A stretch of 64,000 nt of DNA from assembly GCA_028534125.1 (NCBI GenBank), contig CM052817.1:41046001-41110000 (forward strand), in the 5' to 3' direction. Under the pieces are notes generated by a model that worked only from the letters and a program-made list of their open reading frames with translations, was not told the origin of the DNA and made no database searches. Below, piece after piece: positions 11,421 through 24,200 of the stretch. Position 1 is the stretch's first letter. Each line of letters opens with the position of its first letter. The stretch is from Lama glama. Lineage: Eukaryota. The position numbers were made by a program, and so were the translations under genes.

Positions 11421-12390
11421 GTACATTGAAAGGTTCTAAGCTAGGGCATTAAATAGTAAGATTCCTACTTTGGAAGATTCCTGGGACTACAGTATGGAAA
11501 ACTGGTTAGGATGGGAGTGGGGATGGCTGCTCTGGGACGAGGGAGAATGGTCAGGAGGCTGTTTCTGTTCTACCTTTACCCATTAGTTTGACAATAACCT
11601 CTACTCCCAAGTGTCAACCTCTAACCCTGGATCTTTGCCTTGGGTTCCAACATCGTGTTTCTTTTTCTGAATTACTCCGTGGGTGTCAGTTGTAGAGGCA
11701 GCTCAAACTCCAAGTGTCCAGAATAAGTTCCTATGTTCTATTTCCTCTCTCTCCCAAACCAATCTTTCCTCCTATTTTCTTGATGTAGTTAATGGCCTCA
11801 CTATCCCCCTAACTCACTCTCGGATTAGGTTTAGTTATTCTTGCCTGAACTGCAGAACTTGGAGTCGCTGTCCAGTCCTTATCCTTCACCTCCCACGGCC
11901 CTTCCATCCCTAAGCCCTGTGACTTTTACCTCTGGTGGGTCCTTCAGGTCCCCCCGCCTGCCATTCTCTTTGCAGCTGCCATGTGCTCACAGCTTCATCA
12001 TCTTTTTCTGGATGACTTACCTTCATGAGTTCCTGGCCTGATGATGTTACGGCCGTTCTCTTCTCTCTGTTTGGAATTCTCGTCCATCATTTACCCCCCA
12101 AGTGGTGAAGTGAATCTTCCTCCTAAGCTCAGTTGGATGTTCCTTTCCCTGTGAAGCCCCTGATGTCCGCACTCCTACTCCAGGCAGAGCTGGTAGCTCC
12201 TCCTGTGCTCCTGCTGGAATCTCTACATCCTTAGGCTGCAGCACTTACCCCCTAGGAGCACCGCTTGAATCCACAGCACTTTTTCTCCTTCAGATACCTA
12301 GACTCTTTGAGAACGTGGGCCATGACCTCCTCACCTTTCTAGCCAGCACACTACCTGGCAAAGGTAGCGGTTAACAGTTCGTTCAAACAC
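11420..12390. mobile_element. L2 fragments (short antisense piece, then longer sense piece)
   Basis: purine-rich antisense piece to about 11570, then pyrimidine-rich L2 body ending ...agcacactacctggcaaaggtag. Confidence 0.65.
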
Positions 12391-13234
12391 GGAAAGCCCA
12401 GTGGTTTCAACTTTTGCTGCTAAGAATGCAATTACTAGTCAAATTATTTTAAATTTTAAATTGTAAAGCACTACTTACTTCTTGTGGAAATTGTGGGGAA
12501 CATACAAAAAGTAGAAACAAAAAGTGACAGCGAGTCATCCATGTTCCCACTTATAATTTTATCTTGCCTTTCCCCCTCTTAGTTTAATGATTATATAATA
12601 ATCTATAGTGGGATGAGTTTCCCCTCCATCTCCAAGTCTCCATTCCTATAGTTTGGGAATCTTAGACTAAACTGAAAAGGAGGGAACCTGCTGTAATGTC
12701 AATTAATACTGGGAAGAGAAGGGCATTCCATTAATATAAGAGAAAAAATATGTTAGTGTAAGGGTATTCTTCACAGTGTTTTGATAAGATGTAATATTTT
12801 CCAGTGTAGTGCCATGGGTCTAAAGTTAAATTCTTACAGGAATTGAGCTTGGGATGAATGAACAGATTGTTGGCACTCATCTTGAATCCTTACCTGTCAG
12901 TGTAGGCTTTATCACTCATCATCGTGGGTTTTTTTTTTTTTTTCCGTAACAGTAGAGTTTCTCCAGAGAGAATCTACTTACCTGCCTTATTCATTTTCAA
13001 TGACCGACTAAAGCAATGAGCAAACTTGCATTTGTTGTCTGCTTCACACTAGGGCTTGAGAAAAGACAAGGGAGATGGGATAAATCTCATCCCACACATC
13101 TTTGCACCATTAGACTCAGAAACAAACAAGCAAAGCAGTTGAATTTCCTTTGGGATTTCCAGTGGGTGATTTCTTCATCAGCTATGACAGTAGATCTGTT
13201 TTGTAACTGACTCTTCTCCCTTTCTCTGCCATGA

Positions 13235-13600
13235 TGAGGGATGTGATTGCAATTTCCATTTGTTTGATACAATATCTTAATTTATATCCTCAGTCCCATG
13301 ATGTTGGATATTTAAATTTTTCCTTTTTTACTATTATAATAATTATAATTAGTAAATTTTTGAGGCATTAAACATTTTTCAGTATTTCAGCTTTATATCC
13401 TTAACCCTGTTCTCAAATTACTGGATCAAAGGATAAGTATAGTTTGAGGTTCTCGATACATTTTGCTCATATTTTTTCCCAAAAGAGTTTTTCAAATTTA
13501 TACTCTCTCCTGTAATGAATGAAAGTGGCCATGTTTGTGATGTCATTTCCAAGACTGAGTGTTAACAATTATAAAATAAATCCCTGCTAATTTGCTAAGT
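13235..13600 (-). mobile_element. old L1M fragment
   Basis: gttggatatttaaatttttccttttttactattataat...aaattactggatcaaagg...aatttatactctctcc. Confidence 0.7.
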
Positions 13601-14769
13601 GATAGGCTGTTATAGCATTTTTACACATTGTATCCTCACCTCTTAAGGACGTCTGTAGACCGACCAAGAGTGTTCATCTGTCTGTAAAAGTTTTAACTGG
13701 GCTAAAAATCTGTTAGAGATGGCTCTAAATGTTCTGGTAGTCCTATAATTCTTGCTACCCTGAGCATTATTCCCACTTACAAGGTGCACAGTTGTACTTC
13801 AAAAATAGATAGTTATAAATAATGTGGGCAGTGTCATCTTCATGTAGGAAGAATGACTCCTTGTAAGAGAGATGGCAGCTGGTGGCCCTAGGGAGAAAAG
13901 AAAGGCAAGAAGATGTTTGATTAGGGGTAAGTCATGTCATCTGGGGAAGGATGCGCTCACTGAAATTTACTAACCATAAATCATAGTTTTTTGACCAAAG
14001 GACTGCTAGAGAGTGTAACTAAATGCTTGCTTTCTTTTGCAGCTTAAAAAAAAAATCACACACATAATCCTCTAGGTAAAAGCAGTGGACTGGAAAGGAG
14101 GGAAAGACACAGCAAATGCCTACCTTTAAATCAGGACACTCTGAATGCTCACTAGGACTTACTGAGCATCCCTGTCTTTCATGACATTTGGTTGTCCCTC
14201 TAACTGTCTGCCTTTCCCGAGCATGTATTATGCAGAACGCAAAGTTTGGATTTCAAATCGCCATTTGGAAAATCATCATAATTCCAAAGTTCCCGAGAGT
14301 AGGATGTTGCTATTTGTGGCAAATGCTTGTCAAACAATTTCTAGCACTTCACAGATATTTTCTCACCAATCACCATGCATTTTTGTTGCTATTCTTTAGC
14401 AGGAAAGTTGGTCTGGTGAGATGAGGTTCTGCTGCTCTCCCTTATTCATTTTCAGTGCTAACTAAAGCAATCGACAAATGTGTATTGTCTGCTTTGTGCC
14501 GGACTTTGAAAAGGACCAAGAAGGGTGGCTGACAGAGTCTCATCCCACCCGATCCTTCTGTTTAGGAAAAAAAAAACTCAAGGTGATTGGTAACTAAATG
14601 AAGTTCTGCTTTCACATAGATTACAGTCAAGTTTGGTAGAGAAACATGTTGCACCAATAATGGAGTTGTTTCAGTGGGTGATGATTAGGTACCAAATGTT
14701 GGGGTACAAATGTGAATGCAGACCAAGGTGAGTAAGTAGCTGAAATTCTCTAGAGCCTAACAATTTAGA

Positions 14770-14900
14770 AAGAGCTTATAAATAATTCTTATTTGAGATT
14801 CACCAAAACCCCACTTGGTATTATAGTTCTCACTTTACAGCTAAAGAAACTGAGGCTCAGAGATTTTAAATACGTATCTTGTCAAATAGAACCCGACGAG
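14770..14900 (-). mobile_element. MIR fragment
   Basis: cactttacagctaaagaaactgaggctcagaga core. Confidence 0.7.
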
Positions 14901-14989
14901 TAAGGGCATAGACAGGAATAAACATCACGAGTTCATGACTCAGTGAGGAGATCTGCCTACATGGAATAGAGGATTCTACAAAGTGATTT

Positions 14990-15370
14990 GCAGAGATTAT
15001 GATTTCAGAGGTAGGGTGGAGCCTTGGGAACTAAATCAGATGTCTTTGATTTTTTTGAAAAGTTTTTAGCAGGAATATGATGTATTAAAAGTGATGCCTG
15101 GCATAGGTATACAGGTTGAATTGGAATGAGAAGTTGACTTAGAGAGGTTGGCTAAATAATCTTGTGATGGCCAATATGGGATCCACTGGACTCAGATTTA
15201 GATGGGAGGGTGGTGGAGGATAGAGACAAGAAGATCCGAATGAAGGAAACATCAAAAGAGAAGTGTGGAGGTCTTCGTAGTGACATGGACTTAGTTACTG
15301 GCAAAGGAGGGGAGAATAAAAGATGGTTTGGGTTTGAGGCTGGGGACAAGAAGAATGGCAATTCAGCTGA
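14990..15370 (-). mobile_element. L2 fragment
   Basis: aagtttttagcaggaatatgatg...agaggttggctaaataatcttgtga...ggtttgggtttgaggctgggga. Confidence 0.65.
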
Positions 15371-16210
15371 CACAGAACTGGCTCCTTGAATTCTCCAGCA
15401 ACCAAGCAATTCTCTGAAAGCATTTCTGGTGCTGGAGGAACACAGGATTGAAGGGTAGTTATGAAGCAAGAGTTTTCAGGTTTGTTTATCATCACCAAGT
15501 TAATTCAATGAGGGAAGCTATCAAATAAGAGGTGGGGAGAGTAACTTTCACCAAAATAGAATTTCCACTGTTGGTGAGGGGGTTCTCTGTTATAAGAATA
15601 ATACCACTAAACCACTTTGTCCAGTTTTCTGCCTTGCTTGGAGGTGATATTTTTGTCAAGCTGCAACATGGGACAGATAGAAACTAGGGTTCTTTAATAA
15701 CAATATTTTCATTTGTGAAGATTTGTAAAGTTTTCCATCTCCTTGAATAGAAGTAGATGTAACTGCTATGACAATGTGTATTTCTCTGGCTTCTGCTGAC
15801 TAGCACAGCTTCCAAATGCACCTTTGAAACAAGTTACTGCTATTTTAGTAATGTGGTCATTTGAACAAGTCAGTAATAACAGAGGCCTTTGAATATAGCG
15901 TCATAAGCAGATTTCAATATAATTAGTAGCTCATGGAATAATTATATTCCCATGTTCCAGAGTTTCCTTGTTTAAATAAGAAGTAGAATATAGGGGAAAT
16001 ATTATATAACTAGATTTCACAGCTTTTGGTGAATAATGGTGAGGAGGCTACATGAGAAATTGTTCACAGACTTAGAGGAATCAGAATTTTAAAGTGGCCC
16101 TTTAATTTACGTGAGTCCTTGAGTGAGGCAACAAGCAAAATGGTAATAGGAGTTTTTAAAGTCCTTTTGTTCCAGAGCTTTTTTTGAGTGCATGAGACCT
16201 TGAGCCAATA

Positions 16211-16693
16211 CAGACAGTCCCTGACTTAACGATGGTTTGACTTACGATTTTTTGACAGTGTGAAAATGATACTCATTCAATAGCAACCATACCTCGAATT
16301 TTCAATTTGGATCATGGCTGAGGATGTGTATGATATAGCCTCATGGTACTGAGGAGCAGCAGCAAGTCGCAGCTCCCAGTCAGCCATAGGGGTGAATGAC
16401 CAACTCACTTACAGTCACCCTGTACTCGCTAACCATTGTGGTTTTCACTTTCAGTACCGTATTCAATAAATTACATGAGGTGTTCTACACTTCATTATCA
16501 AATAGGCTGTCTGTTGGATGATTTTGCCCAACTGTAGGCTAAGGATAGTGTTCTGAGCACGTTTAAAGTTGGCTTGGCTAAGCCATGATATTCAATAGGT
16601 TAGGTGTATTAAACGTATTTTCAACTTAGCAAAAATTTTAACTTACGATGTGTTTATTGGGGTGTAACTCCATTGTGAGTCAAGGAGGATCTG
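16211..16693 (-). mobile_element. MER47/Tigger5-family non-autonomous TcMar element, full length
   Basis: TIRs cagacagtccctgacttaacgatgg ... ccattgtgagtcaaggaggatctg with TA on both sides; internal ttttgcccaactgtaggctaa and ttaggtgtattaaacg match MER47. Confidence 0.9.
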
Positions 16694-17282
16694 TATCTGT
16701 AATCAGTGGCTTCCAGATGCAGAATCTTTGATCTTAAGTGAAAAAAAAAAAAAAAGGAATGTGACCAATGACCTTCGGGTGTCTGGGGCAGAAGAGAAGC
16801 TGAGACCTCTTTCTTCCCGCTCTTCTACCTCCTCCTCCTCCTCCATCCAATGACTGTCTCGCACGTTCTCCTATCTTTGTGAGGTTATTTATATGGGCTT
16901 TCTGCTCTGGAAGTTATTATATGTTGTGTCCTGAAAGTGTATTCCAGTTTCTTTACAGCAAGTTGACAAGCATTTCCTGAAAACCTACTGTATGCGCCGT
17001 GCTAGTTCCTGTGCAAAAAATCTCCGTGTTGACTGAGTCTGGCTGTTTGTCTCTGTGGAAACCTTGATGGAAAGCAAAGTAACACTCCCAGTCGGATACC
17101 ATTCAGTTTGGACAATGCTGGTTGAAGAGTTCCTTAGTGAATTAGTATCATATGTGACTGAGACTCCTCAACACTGAATTCCTTTCAGCAAGTATGAGCC
17201 TTCCCTGATGTATATATAAAATATCATACATACCTCATGCTGTAAATATATATGCCAGAGGCTACTACTAAGGAAACAGAGA

Positions 17283-17490
17283 CAGGATGTAGTGAGTAGT
17301 GAAAAAAGACTTGAACTGAGGATTTCTGGGCTGGAATTTCCCTAACCTGCTGGGAGGCTTTGTCCTGGTTGTCTGACTTTGGGCAAATCCTTTGGTTTCT
17401 CTGGACCTGTTTCCCCATCTGTAAAATAAATGGTCGGGCTGGAGGTCGCTTGTAATTTCTGCCCTTTCCCCTAGCTCGAACATTCTGTTA
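17283..17490 (+). mobile_element. MIR SINE
   Basis: tgactttgggcaaatcctt...tctctggacctgtttccccatctgtaaaat core. Confidence 0.8.
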
Positions 17491-18924
17491 TCATATCTTA
17501 CTTAACTTTTGTTAGGAAAAAGTGGTACCTTCTACACTCTCAGAGCACAGTAAACTGATGAAACTGTATTAAGTTGATAGTATTAGTAAAGGATGCTTTG
17601 CTTGCCATTCATAAACATACTTTTCCCACCATCACTGGAAAATAAGTCTACTTGAATGGATTATTTGCATAATGTCACTCTCGTGCCTCTTTTAACGTGG
17701 GGTGTTTCGTATATAGAAAGTAAGTGTAACTTTTTTCAAAAGAGATAAAGCCTCACAGTTTAATCGGACCATGTCCTGCGTCTGCTGTCTGGGGGCAGTG
17801 TATTTTCGTTTCATGGAGAATGATTTTTTTTCTTCATCAGACTAATATGGACACAGTGTTATTTCCATGGTGGGAATGGGGAAATGGGGAATGAGGTTGG
17901 CATGGAGGGCTGGGGGAATACAGAGGAGAGCGAGCTAGGTGGGAACAAAACGAACCCTATGGAGTCTGTGTTCCCTTTAGAAAGGAAAAAAAAAAAGACC
18001 CAGCTGCTCCTGTGACTTGAAAATGAATAAATAAAGATTTGTTGTTTAATTATTCAGTTACATGCCCCCTGTTAGTCATGAGACTGAAGGGAACTGAATA
18101 GTCTATTTAAATTGAACTGTTACAGGGCATTCTTTGGGGCCTTGCTGCTTCTCTGACTCGCCCTGGGAAGTTTGCTTTCTGTTTTGGCATCAGCCCAAAG
18201 ATGATGGTCCTTCTGTCCTTGACTGCGGTGGGCATGGTAAAACTTACGGGGTGGGGAGGGAGTAGGATGTGGGGCAGCGGGGAGACTGGGGACACCTGTA
18301 TTTATCCTCCGAGACTCAATCAGTGAAACACGCACCCTGTGAGAATGTAAACTCCGGCCTGGCCCTGTGATAGGCTGTAATTCTAGGGAAAAATCATCAT
18401 TCCTTTGGTAACTTTTGAGACCTGTTCTTTTGAACCAAAGTTGGACTCTTCCACAAGGTTTCCTACCCAGAGTTTAAAGCTCCCTGTGATCTTTCCTGAA
18501 TTCACTGTAAGCTTTTATTCCATTGCCAAAGCTCTGTGGCCTTCAGTTACAGGGCCCAGGTGCAGTTTTGCTAGCAGCTAAATCTGGTCCCTTGATAACT
18601 ACCAAAGGCAATGGCTTCCAGCGGAGGATGCCCTGGCCTTGGGCTTGTTGTGTGGTGAGACTACCAATTGCTCCCTTTGATGTTTGTCTCAAATGCCTAG
18701 GAATGAAGGTATTTTAGTCTAAGGTTTTTTTTTTTTTCCCTACCCCTCATGTGAATTTGAAGTTGCACATAGATGGTTCTAAAGGGGAGCAAGTAGGTTG
18801 ACTGAGGTCACAGTTCCTCTCTGGGTCTCACCTTCCTCATCTGATCAAGAAGAGGGTTGTCTGAGGTCATTGCCAGCTCCAGCACACTGAGATACCACAG
18901 TATCCACATCTTTATCACTGTTTT

Positions 18925-19210
18925 TCTAGCAAGTTCCTGCTGAAATCCCATCTACTCTGTGAGGCCTCTTTGTCCAGACTCTCCTGCCGCCATCAAAATT
19001 AATGTCTCTCTTTGCAGTATCATCTCACCATGTTCTATAATAAGCCTCATCACAACTCACTCTGTGGTTTAGGCCTTGGATCTATGTCTGTCTCCCTGAG
19101 CAGACTGTTGACTCCTGGATACCGGGACAGCTCATGTCTTATTTATCTTTCCATTTCTCCCGGCACTCTCTGCACTGCAGATGAGCACTGGAGAAATGTC
19201 TGAGTTGAGC
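18925..19210 (+). mobile_element. L2 3' end
   Basis: cagactgttgactcctggataccgggacagctcatgtcttatttatctt... Confidence 0.65.
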
Positions 19211-20097
19211 AGAACTTCTCACTTGCAGGAAACAATCTGTAAGCGGGTCCTTAGGAATACAACAGGTAGAATCTCCATTCCTATTAACCTCTTTAGATGC
19301 TTAGCCATTGAGGAAGCCATTAGCTCCTTGCTCCCAGACCAGTGTTAATTAAAAGGACAGTTGGCTCCAAGAATTCTAGTTCCCTAGTGCATTTTTAAAG
19401 TTCTGTAGCAAATAAGGTTATTTCAATTCCTGCGGATTAATGACCCCACAGAGAAGCAGCCTGTACAGGTATTCCAGAGACAGCAAGTCTTGGAATCCAC
19501 TGAAAACAGACCAGTTAGAGATTTTTTTTTTTTACCCTGTTGCTGCAGAAAATTGAAACGGTATCACTTCAGTGTATTCTTCCAAGATATATTAGTCCAT
19601 GGTATATTCAAGGTGTGGCAAGATGCACAAAGATGGAGAGAACACAGCCTTGGCTCTTATGAGCTAGCAGCTTTATAGACGTTCATGAGGAATCGCTTAC
19701 ATGACTCTAACGTGAAGCTGAGTTTAATCATTGCAATTAGCAAGTGAGAAAAATGCCAGTTATGGAATTCAGAGGAGGGAAAGCCACATCTGACTGGACT
19801 AATTCCAAAAAAGCTTTCAGAATGTAGAATTTGAGAATGGCACTGGAGGCTAAATACAATTTTGTTAGATAGGGGAACTGTATGAGCAAGGTGAGGAAGT
19901 GGGAAGACCTGGAGAAATAATAGTCTAGCTTTTTCAGATTGGAGATCATGTTTGTCAGGGTCATGGGAGATAAGGCAGGGGAGGGAGTGGGGTTCATGCT
20001 GTGGGGGAGACTGAATTCCAAATGGATGGCTTGTCCTGAAATTGGTAGGCAGTAGGATGTGAGAAAAAATTTTGGTAGGGGAGTGCATATTTTAAGC

Positions 20098-20306
20098 CAG
20101 AGATCAGCAAACTTCTGCCGGTGGACCCAGTCCAGCCTGCTGCTGTATTTTATTGGAACGTAGCCCCACCCATTTATGGGGTCTACAGCCACCTTAGAGT
20201 GACTTGGGAGAGTTGCGTAGTTGTGACAGAGACACATGGCTACGTGGCCCACAAAGCCTTGGCTATTTACTATCTGACCTTTTCTAGAAAAGTGTGCTGA
20301 CCCCTG
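20098..20306. mobile_element. MER58A-like hAT-Charlie MITE
   Basis: cagagatcagcaaact...agttgtgacagagac...ggcccacaaagcc...tatttactatctgacc...gctgacccctg. Confidence 0.85.
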
Positions 20307-20763
20307 ATATAAATGTCATTCATTCATTCAGCCATCCACTCATTTACTCATTTATTGATTCATTCAGCAAACACTCAGCATTTAATGAGTGCTAGGAATA
20401 TGTCCTGGTATTTTTTTTCCCCATCATTTAATTTAAAATTGGATCCTTTTTCAAATTGCCCTTTAGAATTGGTCAGAGAGATTTAAATTCTTGTGTAATC
20501 CATGATTAGACATGCAGTTTCTTCAAATGTCAGGAAAATGTTCCTTTTTCAAACATTCTTGGCTAATTTTACCAGGGCTAAAGTTCAAGCAATGTTTGTT
20601 ATCAGTGATGTGAGTAGAAAGTGATAATGTAAGATAATAAATAATGCAGCAGAGAGGGTTAACCATAATGTAAGTTAAAGACAGGAGGCCAACTGTACTA
20701 TAGAAGTAAGAATTAGTTTGGCTTCTTTATTGATAACTGCTTGTCTTAACTCTCCTTCTGAGA

Positions 20764-20925
20764 GGGGCGGGATATAGCTCAGGGGTAGAGTGCATGCCTA
20801 GCATGCACGAGGTCCTGTTTTCTATCCCTAGTACCTCCATCAAGCATAAATACATAAATAAGGAAACCTAATTACCTCCCCCAGAATATAAATAAATAAA
20901 TAAATAAAAATAAACATTAAAAAAC
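20764..20925 (+). mobile_element. Vic-1-like tRNA-Ala-derived camelid SINE
   Basis: ggggcgggatatagctcaggggtagagtgcatgcctagcatgcacgaggtcc...tacctcc, then aaacctaattacctccccc and an (AAAT)n tail; imperfect TSD aactctccttctgag / aacttttcttctaag. Confidence 0.88.
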
Positions 20926-21091
20926 CTCCAACTTTTCTTCTAAGGAAAGATGGGAGCGGAAGGAAAGAGTGTGGCCCAGTCTTCCCACAGCCTCACCTCT
21001 ACAACTGTTGTCACCACTGCTACGTCTGCCGCTTCTGCTATTACTTCTCGTGGTGTTCAGCTCTGGAACATGAGCGTAATCCTGTGAGGAC

Positions 21092-21490
21092 TGTATTCGG
21101 TTGCTAAATCTGCCATCTCAAATGTCAGAGATCAGGTGGCTTAAACAACAAAATTTAATTTCCTCACAATTCTGGAGTCTGAAAGTTCAAGATCAAAGTG
21201 TCAGCAGGGTTGGTTTCATGCCGAGGGCTCTCTCTTTAGCTTGTGAATGTCTGTCTTCTCTCTCTGTCTTCACATGGTCTTTTGTCTATGTGCCCACATG
21301 TGTGTGTCTTAATGCCTCTCCTTATAAGGACACCAGTCCTATCAGATTAGGGACCACCCTAATGACCTGGTTTTACTTTAATCACCTCTTTAAAGACTGT
21401 CTCCAAATATAGTCACTTTTTGAACACTGGGGGTTGGGACTTCAATGTACAAACAGGGAGTGTGGCAGGGAGTCAGTTCAGCCGATAACA
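21092..21490 (-). mobile_element. MLT1B-like solo LTR, full length
   Basis: tgtatt...ggtggcttaaacaacaaaattta...aagttcaagatcaaagtgtcagcagggttgg...cttataaggacaccagtc...ttcagccgataaca. Confidence 0.9.
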
Positions 21491-21894
21491 ATGTGTAACT
21501 TGTAGGATATGTGCTTTGTTTTTATTTTTAAAAGGCTATTTGTGAGAACCTATTGCATTTTAAGAAGCACACTAATCTCCGTTCCATTTATGAGCAAAAA
21601 TTGTGACATTATGGCTGTGGAACAGAGAGAAATCAGTCTGTGCATGTATTAAGCCATGGTGTCCATCTCTTTGGCACCATCCTTTGCCTGGCTGACCTCC
21701 AGCCCCCTCACATCAATGCTGTTGGACTTATTTTTATAAAGAGCAACTCTGAGTATGTCTCTCCCACCACTGTGAGCATTTTAAGGGAAGGGACTGTGTC
21801 TGTGGACCTCAGAAGCCTAGCTCATTGCCTGGTGCACAGCAGATACTCAGTGAATTCTATGGAAATGAAAGTGAGACTCTACCTGCATGAAATA

Positions 21895-22240
21895 GGTGCT
21901 GCTCTGGTTACTGATGGTGCGCAGTAAGTGCCTCGACAGTGTAGTCGCTCCAAAGAGCAACCATTTCATTATTCACAGATTCTGTGGGTCAGAAATTTGA
22001 ACGAAGCACAGCAGAGATGGCCTGTATTTGCCCCGTCTGTCAAAAACTCTGGCTGAAGAGACTTGAAGGCTTGGAATGACCTGATGGCTGGGTCTTCTTA
22101 GCTCACATACCTTGTGCCTGGGCTGGGCTGACTTGGCAGTGCCACCTAGACCACCTGCTTGTGGATTCTCTGTGGGGTTTGAGCCTCACAGCTACAGGGT
22201 AATCAGACTTCTTACCCGCTGGCTCAGAGCCCCAAGCACA
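21895..22240 (-). mobile_element. MLT1 (G/H-like) LTR fragment
   Basis: cacagattctgtgggtcagaaatttga...gcacagcagagatggc...cagacttcttac...ggctcagagccccaag. Confidence 0.75.
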
Positions 22241-22319
22241 GGTATATGTGTATATTTAAATATACAGTAATATCATCATATGCGATATATATAGAATCCA
22301 CACATGCATATATGCACAC

Positions 22320-22480
22320 ACACATAGTTAAACTCTATGTATAAAAAAAAGAGACTGAGAAAAATACACCATAATAATAATACTAGTTCTCTTTTGGCTG
22401 TAGGACTATTGGTATTTTTTCTTTTCACCATGTTTTAGTATTTATCAAATTGTCTATAATTAATAAGAATTACTCTTTAA
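22320..22480 (+). mobile_element. L1ME-like 3' end
   Basis: agactgagaaaaatacaccataataataa...tatttatcaaattgtctataat. Confidence 0.6.
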
Positions 22481-23789
22481 TGAAAAAGTATACTTACTAA
22501 AATTTATAAAGTAAATTATTAAACTATTCATCCCTTGACAAGTTACTCATAACAAAACAGTTGACACTTCCCACTGTCTTTTGGAATAAACTCTGTCATA
22601 GAATTACTGCAAAAATTAATGAGGCACTTGGGAGAAGGAATATTCTAAGAACATACTTCTCTTTCTGGAAACTGAGAACAGAAAGTCAAAATCTAAAACT
22701 TGGCTAGTCTGTGAAGAAGTGAAAAACTATCTAATAAAAGGAGAAAAAGGAATATAGAACAGTTGAAAATACAAAGTTCTAAACACACATATCTTTTAAA
22801 CTCTGTTTCCAGAAGCATTATGCTAATATGGCGACACTGATTATCTTTGGTTCTTAGACTTCTAAGTGCCTCTTGTTCTTTTATTAATACTTTGCTGGGT
22901 TTCAGTCATGATGATATATTACTTTAATAATCAGAAAAAAAGAGAGAGACAGAGTGTGTTCGAGAGCTAGCGTGCCAGCGATACCAACAGAGAGGTCACA
23001 TCAGGGTCCTGACTTGGATTTGGGTTTGGTTAGCATAATTTCTGCTAGGAAATTTCTTCCAATAAGAAAGGTAGCAGAATTGGAACATTTTTTCCCCCAA
23101 ACTGAGCTTGGTCCCTGACCTGGGCTTGTTCTCAATAATCTGGAGCTTTTTGAAAGTGAAGAACAGCCATTGTCCCCACAAAGGCATGGAGCAAGGTTCA
23201 GCTGCAGGCACCTGTGGCACGCGGACATGGGCTTGGGCAATGAATGCAGCCCACTTGTGTTTTCTTTGGGAGATTTAGAAAAATATCTAGAATTCTGGCT
23301 TCTAAAAACAATCTGAAGATGCCTGGTATGCCTTCCAGGATGCACCAGCTAGTGCAGGGGAAGCGGGTGGTAGCTGCCACTCGCCCTTGTTATTTCCAAA
23401 ACTGTCGTAGGCTTGCAGTTGCAAGTCGTCATCACACTTGTACTGCTCCTTTGAACAGAAGGCCGGACCATGAGCACCTCGTTTTCAAGAAGAGCTTTCT
23501 TGAGGGAAAGGTGAGGAGTTAATAAACCTTTGATATGAATGCACTGGCCTGTTTACTCATTTAGGTCACCTATCCACCCCGTACTGATTTGAAGGGGTGA
23601 CCCTCGTGTGGACATCGGGGAAGTGGGGCTGAGAGTCTCCCAGGGGATAATAGAACCCAAAGGAAACAGGCCTCACAGCCCAGGACAGCTGGGCGAGGTG
23701 AGGGGAGGGCGACAGTGTAGGGATCCTACCCCAGCCCTCTGTCATCCTCCCACGGGTTCTGAGGAGCTCTTTACCCTGGGAAGAAGCTG

Positions 23790-24200
23790 AGTCAGCCGCA
23801 GGGCCTTGGTGACACTATGGAAGCAAAGAGCCCTCAGGTCTCAGTGTCTTAAGGCAATGGGTTTAGGTTCTTCCTCGCACCGCACGTGTCCATTGTGTAT
23901 GAACTGTGGGCTTTGCTCTGTGCCACTATCACTTCAACATCTTAGCTGACGAAGCGGACACTTTGTCACCAGGAACACTGCCAATAGCTCGGGTAGAGGG
24001 AAAGAGAACCATGGCCAGTTGCTCACTGGCTCTTCAAACTTCTGCTTAGAAATAAGATATATTATTTCTGTTAACATTTCATTGGCCAAACGTCACACGG
24101 CCATGCCTAACTACGACAAAGATTATGCTTCCTATGACCCTACCATGCCCAGAAGTCAGAGGTGGAAACATCTGGCAGGTAGCACTAAGGACCAGGGCAT
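23790..24200 (-). mobile_element. MLT1 (old subfamily) LTR
   Basis: tctcagtgtcttaaggcaa...ggctcttcaaacttctgct...acatttcattggccaaa.gtcacacggccatgcctaact. Confidence 0.75.

Noticed and set aside
12974..12986. U1 snRNA-like start (tacttacctg) or minus-strand donor
   Set aside because: No U1 body follows, and an isolated donor motif is common by chance.
14043..14075. 33-nt exon (ttttgcag ... tag|gtaaaa)
   Set aside because: Stops in all three frames, an internal A-run and only a moderate donor.
19657..20252. 143-aa and 171-aa minus-strand ORFs
   Set aside because: They overlap L2-like and MER58 repeat sequence and show no protein signature.
20764..20840. tRNA-Ala genes here and at 27640, 53860 and 63188
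   Set aside because: Broken acceptor stems, A-rich tails and, in some copies, TSDs identify them as SINEs.
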